This document shows, piece after piece, positions 7,066-15,454 of a stretch of 24,235 nucleotides of DNA. The notes beneath the pieces were generated by a model. That model saw only the letters and a list, made by a program, of their open reading frames with translations. It was not told where the DNA came from and ran no database searches. Position numbers and translations under genes: made by a program. This DNA is from a virus (lineage: Duplodnaviria > Caudoviricetes). Every line of letters begins with the position of its first letter. The stretch's first letter is position 1. The DNA is taken from positions 1-24,235 of the IMG/VR virus record IMGVR_UViG_3300038475_000059; one strand, written 5' to 3'.

Positions 7066-7222
7066 CTTTAATTAAGCTATAAGGGATAGATATATCTCTA
7101 TTTATTAATCTAAGCCCAAATTAGACGAAAGGAAGCAAAAGGATACCATACAACGGGATATGACTGTCCTTAACCCTACGCAATTCATTTTTGTACTGCG
7201 AGTAAACGTTTTCTAATTTTTT

Positions 7223-7251
7223 AAAAAAAAATATAGAACGAGTTAACGTTC
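7223..7251 (-). terminator. Probable terminator of the middle operon
   Basis: Short GAACG/CGTTC stem followed by a long T run on the minus strand, just after the last gene. Confidence 0.5.
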
Positions 7252-7253
7252 CA

Positions 7254-7376
7254 TTAGTTAGAATTCGCTAACCCTGCTAAAATAGCTATACATATTGCGG
7301 CCACTGATGCAATTATAGAAAATGCCACAAGCCACCAAAGTATTCCACCAGCATATATTACAACCTGTTCCACCAT
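7254..7376 (-). CDS. 40-aa membrane peptide (MVEQVVIYAGGILWWLVAFSIIASVAAICIAILAGLANSN)
   Basis: Read by hand; GGAGGTGA RBS, overlaps the upstream gene, long hydrophobic stretch. Confidence 0.6.
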   Translation of the reverse strand: MVEQVVIYAGGILWWLVAFSIIASVAAICIAILAGLANSN

Positions 7377-7594
7377 CTCACCTCCTTAACACTTTTCATA
7401 ATCGTTTTATCATCTAACATCGCATCACTATATATCACAAGCTCAGCTTCGCCATCTTTCTCACGAATAATTATTTTATGAAGACGTGTTCCTTTCTCTG
7501 GTTTAATTTCCCAACATTGACCCGGAATCCAATAACCCTGATCTTCCTTATCCCCATTACTTTTCCTTATAGTTAGTTTGATTCTATCTTTCAT
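7358..7594 (-). CDS. Hypothetical protein (78 aa)
   Basis: Coupled ORF in the operon (ATGA overlap). Confidence 0.75.
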   Translation of the reverse strand: MKDRIKLTIRKSNGDKEDQGYWIPGQCWEIKPEKGTRLHKIIIREKDGEAELVIYSDAMLDDKTIMKSVKEVRWWNRL

Positions 7595-7788
7595 CTTACC
7601 ACTACCGTTGCATTAATCTCTCTCACTGCATGTCTTGGATTAATTACTATATTTAAACTATTAGGGGTATATTCAATATCAACATTACCTTCTGCTATTG
7701 CTTCCCAAACTACAAGAGGAACAGTCTCAACAGATGACATTAAATATTTACGAAGTTGTTCAGGATCAAAATCAATACCACTTGACAT
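7591..7788 (-). CDS. Hypothetical protein (65 aa)
   Basis: GGAGGAG RBS, overlaps its neighbours. Confidence 0.7.
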   Translation of the reverse strand: MSSGIDFDPEQLRKYLMSSVETVPLVVWEAIAEGNVDIEYTPNSLNIVINPRHAVREINATVVVR

Positions 7789-8149
7789 TCTTAAACTCCT
7801 CCTCGCTCATTCGCCCTTTCGCTTGGTTACAACAATAACAAATTATTTGGATATTATCTTTCGATAAAACTCTTCTATTTGGGTCGATAATATCAACAGT
7901 AATAGAGTTACATTTATGGCCGTCATAACTATTGTTAAGAACCAACCCTGATTTACAATACTTACATCCATTTTCAAAACCTTTCCTAATAATATCAGCC
8001 AATTCACTCATAGCAATCTCATTACGGAAGCCTCGTTTCATATGGTCTTCCCGTACATTACGAGCCATACGCCAGAAACGAGTTTCTTCCTCTTGCCATT
8101 GAGGCTTTCCATTAATTAATATTGGTCTATTAATACTTCTACTTATCAT
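7772..8149 (-). CDS. HNH-like (beta-beta-alpha-Me) zinc-binding endonuclease
   Basis: CKYC...TVDIIDP...DNIQIICYCCNQAKG pattern typical of phage HNH proteins; the usual His is not evident. Confidence 0.7.
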   Translation of the reverse strand: MISRSINRPILINGKPQWQEEETRFWRMARNVREDHMKRGFRNEIAMSELADIIRKGFENGCKYCKSGLVLNNSYDGHKCNSITVDIIDPNRRVLSKDNIQIICYCCNQAKGRMSEEEFKNVKWY

Positions 8150-8153
8150 TTAA

Positions 8154-8462
8154 TCACCCATGCATTGGGTTATCATCATCCGGTGGTTTATAGCCTCTAC
8201 TCCTTTCCATCAACACGATAGTCTCAACCAAATCACTCATAGCCTGTTCTAAATATGTACCATAATCCAAATCTATATCATATGTTTTCTCTAATTGTGC
8301 GATTGACCTATCCATAATATCTACAAATCTTTTACTGAACTTCATAGTTATTTCAACCAATTCTTTATCAGGATTTTTTTCTACTGTATACTCTTTTCCT
8401 TTTGCTAATCTTGCTGCAAATTCTTCTGCTTCTTCGGGTGTAATTTTATTTCTCTCTTCCAT
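8154..8462 (-). CDS. Hypothetical protein, possible ribbon-helix-helix domain
   Basis: VEITMKFSKRFVDIMDRSI...YGTYLEQAMSDLV resembles an RHH strand-helix-helix; gene is solid, function tentative. Confidence 0.5.
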   Translation of the reverse strand: MEERNKITPEEAEEFAARLAKGKEYTVEKNPDKELVEITMKFSKRFVDIMDRSIAQLEKTYDIDLDYGTYLEQAMSDLVETIVLMERSRGYKPPDDDNPMHG

Positions 8463-8889
8463 TTTTAGCCCCCTTCATAATCTCTTTTATCTTATCAATC
8501 TTTTTCCTATCTTCTGGGTGAAAATACTCATATGCATGTAACCTATAAATTCTACTAAAACGAAATGCGACCAAAGGCAAGTTTAAAATATCATCCTCAT
8601 TTGTTTCTGGTCTTACCGTAGCACCTAAATATGTCACCGTTGGTAATAATTCAATATACCAAATATGAGTATCTTCATCCCACGAAAAACCAATATTAAC
8701 ATTTTCGTCTAAAGCTGAATCATAAAGGATATCTAGAATCTGATTACCACCATCAAACTTAAAACGATGATTCTCAGAATCCACAATCATCCGTATCTGA
8801 TCAAAGAACCATCCTATCATAAGTTCAAGAGTATCAGGTTTTTTAGGGATATCAAATGGGCGGTTTCTCTTAAATTTATTCGCTTTCAT
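8446..8889 (-). CDS. Hypothetical protein (147 aa)
   Basis: Overlapping ORF in the operon. Confidence 0.75.
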   Translation of the reverse strand: MKANKFKRNRPFDIPKKPDTLELMIGWFFDQIRMIVDSENHRFKFDGGNQILDILYDSALDENVNIGFSWDEDTHIWYIELLPTVTYLGATVRPETNEDDILNLPLVAFRFSRIYRLHAYEYFHPEDRKKIDKIKEIMKGAKNGREK

Positions 8890-8998
8890 CTGTGAAAAAC
8901 ATCCCCATCACTTCTCGTAAATCTGCGTTTTCCTTTTTAAGTTTTCGGTTTTCCTTTTTACACGCTTGGAGTTCAGCCATCCTCATCAACGTATCCAT
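8876..8998 (-). CDS. 40-aa coiled-coil peptide (MDTLMRMAELQACKKENRKLKKENADLRE...)
   Basis: Read by hand; AGGTGA RBS, fills the gap between ORFs exactly. Confidence 0.6.
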   Translation of the reverse strand: MDTLMRMAELQACKKENRKLKKENADLREVMGMFFTDESE

Positions 8999-9373
8999 CT
9001 AATCACCTAAATATTCAGTAATATTTTTTATACAAGTGTTCCTACATTTATCTCGTTTCTCTTTTCTAATCGCTTCTTCCTTCTCATACACATCCATTGC
9101 AATACGAAGTTCATGCTCAATTTCATCTAAATGACTACATACCCAGTTCAATGTATCTGTAGAAAATTTATGAAACTGTGCAACATCATAATAATCGTCT
9201 TGAAAACCTGCCTGTGCCTTGAATATCCAACTACCAGCTTCAACACGAATTTTTTCATAAGCTGATGGATTATCTATTTTAAAATCGATAGCAAAAAGTC
9301 CACGATCTTTTACTATCTGGCATAATCGCTTTTCATATTTCTTAATTATCTTTTTGAACTCTTTATCCATCAC
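8999..9373 (-). CDS. Hypothetical protein (124 aa)
   Basis: Overlapping ORF in the operon. Confidence 0.75.
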   Translation of the reverse strand: MMDKEFKKIIKKYEKRLCQIVKDRGLFAIDFKIDNPSAYEKIRVEAGSWIFKAQAGFQDDYYDVAQFHKFSTDTLNWVCSHLDEIEHELRIAMDVYEKEEAIRKEKRDKCRNTCIKNITEYLGD

Positions 9374-9713
9374 ACATCAACCCTGCAATATACAATTCAA
9401 GCGAATCATACTTTTTGGTCAAAATACACATCTCAATTTCAATCAAATTGTTCAAAGTAACAAATAAATCATCACCAGTCAAACCTGTATCGGCCGCTTT
9501 CTCAAAAATTGGGTCAAAAATTTCATTATTAAGCTGATCCATCACCTTATCATAGCGATCAATCACCCACTCCTCATCAATTGTTAATCGGTCTAGGGCT
9601 AAATTAATATCCCCATCACAAAACTGGAGGAAAAGACCAATATCCCCCACTTCAACTCGTGGATCAATCTCCAGATCAACGAGAAACTGTATCACTTCTT
9701 CTCTTTTACTCAT
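9363..9713 (-). CDS. Acidic hypothetical protein (116 aa)
   Basis: GGAGG RBS. Confidence 0.8.
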   Translation of the reverse strand: MSKREEVIQFLVDLEIDPRVEVGDIGLFLQFCDGDINLALDRLTIDEEWVIDRYDKVMDQLNNEIFDPIFEKAADTGLTGDDLFVTLNNLIEIEMCILTKKYDSLELYIAGLMCDG

Positions 9714-9724
9714 ATTTTATCCTC

Positions 9725-9898
9725 CTAATCAACTAATTCTTCTTCTTCAAACATATCTCTCGGCAAAAACGCCGTATAATAATGGCTACCCGTAATAGTT
9801 TCGATGTCAAACTCGTCGTCGCTATTAACTATTGCCACAATATGCTCTTCACTTATCCAAATCTCTTCATCTGTTTCGTCTTTTACCTTTATTAACAT
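9725..9898 (-). CDS. Acidic small protein (57 aa, MLIKVKDETDEEIWISEEH...)
   Basis: Read by hand; GGAG RBS, overlaps the upstream stop, fills the gap. Confidence 0.65.
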   Translation of the reverse strand: MLIKVKDETDEEIWISEEHIVAIVNSDDEFDIETITGSHYYTAFLPRDMFEEEELVD

Positions 9899-10182
9899 TC
9901 TAATGTCTCCATTATTTCATTTAATGTATCCATTGCATAAAGAACTTTACTGTGAACTGTCTGAGTAGTTGGAATAAGATTGGGGTCAGCAAACTTATTA
10001 TCATAAACAATAAAGTTTTTATTTTGATATGTGCTTCTATACATTTTCATATAATATTTTTTCAAAATATTGTTAAAGATTTCTTTATTATTATCATATC
10101 TCTCTAAAAATACTTTATGCTTCGCATATTTTAATTCAAATCTAAATTGTGCCGTATATGTTTCGCCAACTAATTCTATCAT
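9892..10182 (-). CDS. Hypothetical protein (96 aa)
   Basis: TAATG coupling to the ligase-like gene. Confidence 0.75.
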   Translation of the reverse strand: MIELVGETYTAQFRFELKYAKHKVFLERYDNNKEIFNNILKKYYMKMYRSTYQNKNFIVYDNKFADPNLIPTTQTVHSKVLYAMDTLNEIMETLEC

Positions 10183-11408
10183 TATCTATCATCTCCGGGC
10201 CATTTACATTTAGGTATGACCTTATGAAGGCCATAATCGTCATAATTTGAAGGATAATCCCACTTATTCGACAGTTCAATCCACGCATCAGGCAATTCTG
10301 CCTTCTCAAGTATCCTAATAACCGAACCATCACGCATAACTTCGACAACATCGCCCCGATCTTCTTTTTCAATCTTAATAGGGACTTCAAAAACAGCTTT
10401 TCTATCATTTGTCATTAAATATGAGCGATCTTTGCCTCCACGACGGCCGGAAACTTTCAAAATAACGGTTGATATGTCGCCCTCTACCTTAATAGCTCCA
10501 TCATATGCTGTTGGGTCATAAGGAGCGTTCAAGTTTCGGAAATTTACGATTTTTAACTCATCTTTAACCTTATCAAGCTCATCACGGTTCTTAATAATAT
10601 AAGTTTCCTCAGTAAACTCGAAAAAGTGCCATAAAAGCTTAATTCGCTCATGCAATGGTCGGCGATTTAGCCAAATATCGTTCCAGCAAAGTATATCACT
10701 TGCTATAAATAAACCATCTTCAATAAATCCCTCCAAAACATACGACATGCCGGTAGATAGGAGGTCGGGATGTTCTAAAGTATCTGTAACAGTTTTTCCG
10801 ACACTATCGTATATTTCGAGGGTATCACTATCTTTGTGAATATGAACCATATTTGTATGATATTTTGTCGCTATAGCCGGGAATCGCATCTTCCCAAGAT
10901 CAGTAGAAGGAGCAACAGTTCTCAATGGGATACCAATAACGGGTGTAATACCTTCAAGAGGAGCTCGACGACTAGCTAAAGCATAAGCCACACCAGTCGC
11001 ATCCGGCTGAATATGCCAAGTATCAATACATTCATCAAAATCAATATGTTTCTCTTCGCAAATTACTTTCAAAATTCGTTCACGAGGAGGATGGAAGTTA
11101 TAAGTTTCAATATAATTAAGAAACATCTTCTCTTCAACCGCCAACTTATCCGCCAAAATATCAATATTCCCGCCAATCAATGCATCATGAACTTCATCAC
11201 ATGTTAGAGTAGGATATTCAGCACCATCACTGAAATCCATTTTAGCTCCAATAGGTTCTAAAGCCATTTTAAAACCAGCAGGACTACGCAGATATTTATA
11301 AGCGTCAACAGTACCTTGAACTATAAGAAGTTTCCAAGCTCCCATTAGCGTTGTAAATGAATCAGTATCATAATGCTTATCATCTATCTTACTATCTCTT
11401 CTCACCAT
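10182..11408 (-). CDS. ATP-dependent DNA ligase-like protein with degenerate active-site motifs
   Basis: Ligase motif order is recognisable: FPAIATKYHTNMVHIHK (I), YVLEGF (III), FIASDILCWND (IIIa), RPLHERIKLL, VNFRNLNAPY (IV), AIKVE (V), then a probable OB-like tail. Confidence 0.65.
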   Translation of the reverse strand: MVRRDSKIDDKHYDTDSFTTLMGAWKLLIVQGTVDAYKYLRSPAGFKMALEPIGAKMDFSDGAEYPTLTCDEVHDALIGGNIDILADKLAVEEKMFLNYIETYNFHPPRERILKVICEEKHIDFDECIDTWHIQPDATGVAYALASRRAPLEGITPVIGIPLRTVAPSTDLGKMRFPAIATKYHTNMVHIHKDSDTLEIYDSVGKTVTDTLEHPDLLSTGMSYVLEGFIEDGLFIASDILCWNDIWLNRRPLHERIKLLWHFFEFTEETYIIKNRDELDKVKDELKIVNFRNLNAPYDPTAYDGAIKVEGDISTVILKVSGRRGGKDRSYLMTNDRKAVFEVPIKIEKEDRGDVVEVMRDGSVIRILEKAELPDAWIELSNKWDYPSNYDDYGLHKVIPKCKWPGDDR

Positions 11409-11467
11409 CTTGTGGTGACTACTCAGTCCATCCCTTATAATATTCTCATCTCCTAATTCTTGTACTG

Positions 11468-11492
11468 TTGTCTATCACATATAAACCTTTTG
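11468..11492 (-). promoter_or_regulatory. BRE-TATA promoter of the middle operon
   Basis: Minus strand AAAAGGTTTATATGTG, with a GGAG element downstream in the leader. Confidence 0.5.
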
Positions 11493-11561
11493 GTGCATAA
11501 AGTAAAATTATGGTGCATAACATGATGCATAAAGTGAACTTTTGCAGCACAAAATGCATCA
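11491..11561. repeat. TG(G/A)TGCATAA repeat array between divergent promoters
   Basis: TGGTGCATAA at 11491 and 11511, TGATGCATAA at 11523, inverted ATGCATCA at 11554. Confidence 0.75.
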
Positions 11562-11563
11562 TA

Positions 11564-11606
11564 AACCGAAACATTTATATATGAAGACAACCGAAACATT
11601 TATATA
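11564..11606 (+). promoter_or_regulatory. Tandem duplicated BRE-TATA promoter
   Basis: AACCGAAACATTTATATA occurs twice, about 25 bp apart, upstream of the terminase gene. Confidence 0.7.
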
Positions 11607-11625
11607 CTACTGTGTAAACCACCCA

Positions 11626-11640
11626 CATATTTAAATAAAC
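11626..11640 (+). promoter_or_regulatory. Putative late promoter, copy 1
   Basis: CATATTTAAATAAAC, identical to 18979-18993; TATA-like TTTAAATA about 25 nt before the terminase ATG, which has no RBS (leaderless). Confidence 0.6.
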
Positions 11641-11661
11641 CCATACTCGTTTTATAATTAT

Positions 11662-13188
11662 ATGCAAGCCGTAAACGAAATCGTTTCAGAACAAGATAGA
11701 CAACAATTCTTTTACCAATGCCAAGTTGACCCTTGCTTTTTTGTAGAAAGAGCGTTAATGGATGAATACGGAGAACCATACATACTAGAAGAATATCAGC
11801 GAGAATTTTTAAGATGCCAAGCGAGGAACAGAGTATTATTTTGGGCTCGTCGTCTTTCAAAGTCTTTAATGATTAAGTTTGAAGTTCTTCACAAAAGTGC
11901 ATTTAACAAAGCATTTAAATCAATGGTAGTATCTCCATCATGGGAACAGTCAAAAGAATTCGGTGAAGATATACAAGATATAGTAAATTCGACTGATTGG
12001 TTAAATAGGATGTTCACAACATTCAGTAAAACCAAATTCAAACTAAAAAATAACAGCCGATTCAATATGGTATCAGCCGGAAACAAAGGTGTATCAAACC
12101 TAGGTAAAGGTGTACGATTACTAGCCTTTGATGAAACACAGCAAATACCAGAAGAAGTATTTACATTTTTACGTCCAACCCTCCTAGGACAAAAACGAGG
12201 ACTTCGTAAATGGATGATTTACGCCGGAACTCCACTAGGAAGAATAGGACAATTTTATGATATTTATACTAAAGGTCGATTCATTATCAAAATGGATGGA
12301 ATGTACGAAAATGAAGAAGTACCTTTACAAAAAGCAGGAGATTACATTGTTTTTGAACGTCCCACAGCAATATTAAGCGACGATGGGATGGAAATTGTAG
12401 GAACAGGTACAAATAGGGTAACAATCGATGAATTAGTACAAGATATGAGCGATTTACCCACAACCGGATTCCTTCGTGAATACGCTCTAAAGTTTTTAGA
12501 CTCAATTGGAGAAGTATTTTCACAAGCACTGATTAACAGTGTACTAGACCGTAATCGAGAACCCGGTCATGGATACGAATCAAACAAACCAATAATATTT
12601 GGACTTGATTTAGGTAAATTCCGTAACGTCTCAGTATTAACAGTTGCAGAAGTTATAGGAAAAAACAAAACAGATATAATAGATGTTGTCGAATTCCCAC
12701 TCGAAAGAGATTACCACGATATCTGCGACGATGTATTAAGACTAAGAGCACGATATCCTAATTGCTTCGAACTACGTATGGATGAAACCGGAGTAGGAAA
12801 AGGAGTAATAGAAATCTATGAAAGAGCCTTTGAAAAAGATTGGCGTGGAGTAGACGTTGTAGGATTCGATTTCAGTGGAACACGAAAGAAAAAAGAATTC
12901 GTAGAAGCCGGAGTAGCCATGTTAGAAGGTGGAACCGTAACTATGGGATACAATGTCAAAATGATAAACGAAATGCTCGAATTCCGTCGTGAAATAACCG
13001 ACAACCTAAACATCGTATACCGAAAACGACAAGGTGGAAGTGACGATTACGTTGATTCATTATTATTAGCTCTATTAGGAGCAAGAGATTACTATGACTT
13101 TGACCAACAAGGACATAATGATGTAATCCAAACAACAGCTCAACTAATGAGTTTTGCACGAAATAAATTAAGAAAAGTGAGGATATAA
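11662..13188 (+). CDS. terL: Terminase large subunit
   Basis: Q motif (LEEYQREF), Walker A-like ARRLSKS, Walker B LLAFDE, motif III AGTP, RNase H-like nuclease motifs GLDLG, DETGVG and DDYVDS; upstream of the portal. Confidence 0.93.
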   Translation: MQAVNEIVSEQDRQQFFYQCQVDPCFFVERALMDEYGEPYILEEYQREFLRCQARNRVLFWARRLSKSLMIKFEVLHKSAFNKAFKSMVVSPSWEQSKEFGEDIQDIVNSTDWLNRMFTTFSKTKFKLKNNSRFNMVSAGNKGVSNLGKGVRLLAFDETQQIPEEVFTFLRPTLLGQKRGLRKWMIYAGTPLGRIGQFYDIYTKGRFIIKMDGMYENEEVPLQKAGDYIVFERPTAILSDDGMEIVGTGTNRVTIDELVQDMSDLPTTGFLREYALKFLDSIGEVFSQALINSVLDRNREPGHGYESNKPIIFGLDLGKFRNVSVLTVAEVIGKNKTDIIDVVEFPLERDYHDICDDVLRLRARYPNCFELRMDETGVGKGVIEIYERAFEKDWRGVDVVGFDFSGTRKKKEFVEAGVAMLEGGTVTMGYNVKMINEMLEFRREITDNLNIVYRKRQGGSDDYVDSLLLALLGARDYYDFDQQGHNDVIQTTAQLMSFARNKLRKVRI

Positions 13189-13190
13189 TT

Positions 13191-14594
13191 ATGCCAAAAA
13201 TTGGAAGATTAAATATCAAATGGGGACAACAACAAAAGGAGAAAGAAACTCTAGCCGCTAAAGCAACAGCAGCACCTAAACAGGGTAAAGTAGATATATA
13301 CTACGCTCCTACCTCGAAAGCATTCTCTACATATAAGAATGTATCCGGAGATACAGCCCTCACCTATGATATTTTGGAAGGACTATACCGAAGAACTATA
13401 ATGAAGAGGATTATAGATAAACCAGCACAAGATGCAACACGACTAGGATATACCATGCATGTAACAGATATGAATGGAAAACCACACGAAAAAGCCGAAG
13501 CAGTCTGTGCAGAAATAACAAAATTAATAAAAAGGCGAACCTTAAAAGGACTTTACCGAGATCAAGGATTATATGGAGATGCATTTCTATATATACAGAA
13601 AGGTACAAATCCATCAGGATTAATAGATATTGAACAAATATATCTCGTAAATCCAAGATATATGAACCCAGATGTAGATGCAAACCAACAACTTAAAGGA
13701 TGGTTATACGCATCATCAGCTAAAGGACAAGTAAACTTAACTCTTGAAGAAATATGCCACATACCACGTAACCCACTAACAGGTCAGTTATATGGTAACT
13801 CAAAAATGGAACCTGTATTACAAGTATTAAATCTTATTTTAAATTCAGAAATGAACATGGCAGTAGTATTAGATAAAATTGCTGTACCAATGGTTCATTG
13901 GCTAATGGACGCAAAACACGACAAACGAAAAACTCCATTACCAGAAATATTAACTTTTATCAAAAACTTAGGATTACAACAAGTAGGAAACGATATTGTA
14001 ACCGATTCATCAATAACAACCGAAATTGTAGGTGCAGGAGACAAACTAATCGATTTTTCACCTATGATAGACAAATTACAACAAACATTCTTCGCAACAT
14101 CAGCAGTTCCGGGTCAAATACTTGGAATGCCCGCAGATAACATGTCAGCAATTACAAGACAGCTACAAACATACTACGAGGACATATTTGATGAACAAGA
14201 AAGTACATCAGACTTTTTAATAAACGAAGTATATGAACCAGAACTAATAAAACAAGGAATAACCGATTATAATCTAATTTATGCAAGTTATGCTAAACCA
14301 ATGATAGAACAAGAATCAAGAATAGCTACATGGGTTGATCTAATGGGCAAAGACGGAATAATATTCAAGAAAGAAGGAAGACAGGCTCTAGGATACAGTG
14401 GAGACCCACCAGAACAACCAGAAATTGTTGCAGCCGCACCATTAGGGCAAAACCAACCGGCATTTGATAAAAAACAAAATCAACAAACCCCACCGGGAGT
14501 TAAACCGGGTTCAAGTAAAGCAGCCACTAAAACACCAGCAACACAACCTACAACACCAACAACACAACCTAAAACACCAGCAACTAAGAAGTAG
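13191..14594 (+). CDS. Portal protein with a Thr/Pro-rich C-terminal tail
   Basis: Follows TerL; LYRR..MKRIIDKPAQDATR, LYGDAF, LYGNS and VPGQILG motifs typical of portals. Confidence 0.88.
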   Translation: MPKIGRLNIKWGQQQKEKETLAAKATAAPKQGKVDIYYAPTSKAFSTYKNVSGDTALTYDILEGLYRRTIMKRIIDKPAQDATRLGYTMHVTDMNGKPHEKAEAVCAEITKLIKRRTLKGLYRDQGLYGDAFLYIQKGTNPSGLIDIEQIYLVNPRYMNPDVDANQQLKGWLYASSAKGQVNLTLEEICHIPRNPLTGQLYGNSKMEPVLQVLNLILNSEMNMAVVLDKIAVPMVHWLMDAKHDKRKTPLPEILTFIKNLGLQQVGNDIVTDSSITTEIVGAGDKLIDFSPMIDKLQQTFFATSAVPGQILGMPADNMSAITRQLQTYYEDIFDEQESTSDFLINEVYEPELIKQGITDYNLIYASYAKPMIEQESRIATWVDLMGKDGIIFKKEGRQALGYSGDPPEQPEIVAAAPLGQNQPAFDKKQNQQTPPGVKPGSSKAATKTPATQPTTPTTQPKTPATKK

Positions 14595-14600
14595 ATCACA

Positions 14601-14768
14601 ATGAAAAAAGAGATAATATGCCCTGCCTGTAAAGGCAGTGGAATTATCGAAAAAGAACTCCGTAAAAAAGCAGACAAAACCTTAGACGACTGGAGTTTTA
14701 AACATGATGGATACAAATATCGTCTTATATTATGTAAAAAATGTAAAGGAGAAGGATTTCTTATATGA
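14601..14768 (+). CDS. 55-aa DnaJ-type zinc-finger microprotein
   Basis: Read by hand: MKKEIICPACKGSG...LCKKCKGEGFLI; two CxxCxGxG motifs; ATGA overlap with the next gene. Confidence 0.75.
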   Translation: MKKEIICPACKGSGIIEKELRKKADKTLDDWSFKHDGYKYRLILCKKCKGEGFLI

Positions 14769-15454
14769 TCCAAAAAATTTTTCATACAATTTGGGTTGGA
14801 GATGTTCCTTTCCCTGAAGAATATAAAAATTATGTTCAAACATGGAAAAAACATCATCCTGACTATGAATTTATGTTTTGGACAGATGAAAATATGCCAT
14901 TAGATAAATTTAGAAATAAAGAATTGTATTTAGAATTACCGGGATTTTCACAAAAAGCAGATATAGCTCAATATGAATTATTATATATGTTTGGTGGAGT
15001 CTATATTGATGCTGATTTTGAATGTTTCAAGAATATAGAATCATTAACAAAAGATTATGATGCTTGGGGTTGTGGAGAAAACAATCGAGTAATTAGTACA
15101 GGAATTATGGGATTTCAAAAAGGTCATCCCCTTTTAATAAAGATAATGGACAATTTCCGTTCTCATATTGCAAAATATTCACATGAACCACCAAATGTAA
15201 CAACTGGCCCTATTTTCTTAACGGAAACCATTGGCCTAAGGGTAATTAAGATGTTCCCAACTGAATATTTTTATCCTTACAGTTTTTATGAATTAGATCG
15301 CAAAGGAGAGGAATTTCCAGATGCTTATGGTGCTCATCATTGGGGAGCTATTCAAAAAGGCGGTTGGCTTTACCAATTAGAACAGAAAAAACAACCAGTA
15401 AGACCACCAAGAAGAAAACCAAAAACACGGTCAAAAAGACGGGTAACAAGATGA
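14765..15454 (+). CDS. Glycosyltransferase, GT32/OCH1-like DXD family
   Basis: IQKIFHTIW, TWKKHHPDYEFMFWTD, ADIAQYELLYMFGGVYIDAD, TGP and HHW motifs. Confidence 0.9.
   Translation: MIQKIFHTIWVGDVPFPEEYKNYVQTWKKHHPDYEFMFWTDENMPLDKFRNKELYLELPGFSQKADIAQYELLYMFGGVYIDADFECFKNIESLTKDYDAWGCGENNRVISTGIMGFQKGHPLLIKIMDNFRSHIAKYSHEPPNVTTGPIFLTETIGLRVIKMFPTEYFYPYSFYELDRKGEEFPDAYGAHHWGAIQKGGWLYQLEQKKQPVRPPRRKPKTRSKRRVTR

Noticed and set aside
10142-11207. ORFs 10142..10408 (-) and 11013..11207 (+)
   Set aside because: Alternative-frame or antisense ORFs inside the ligase-like gene
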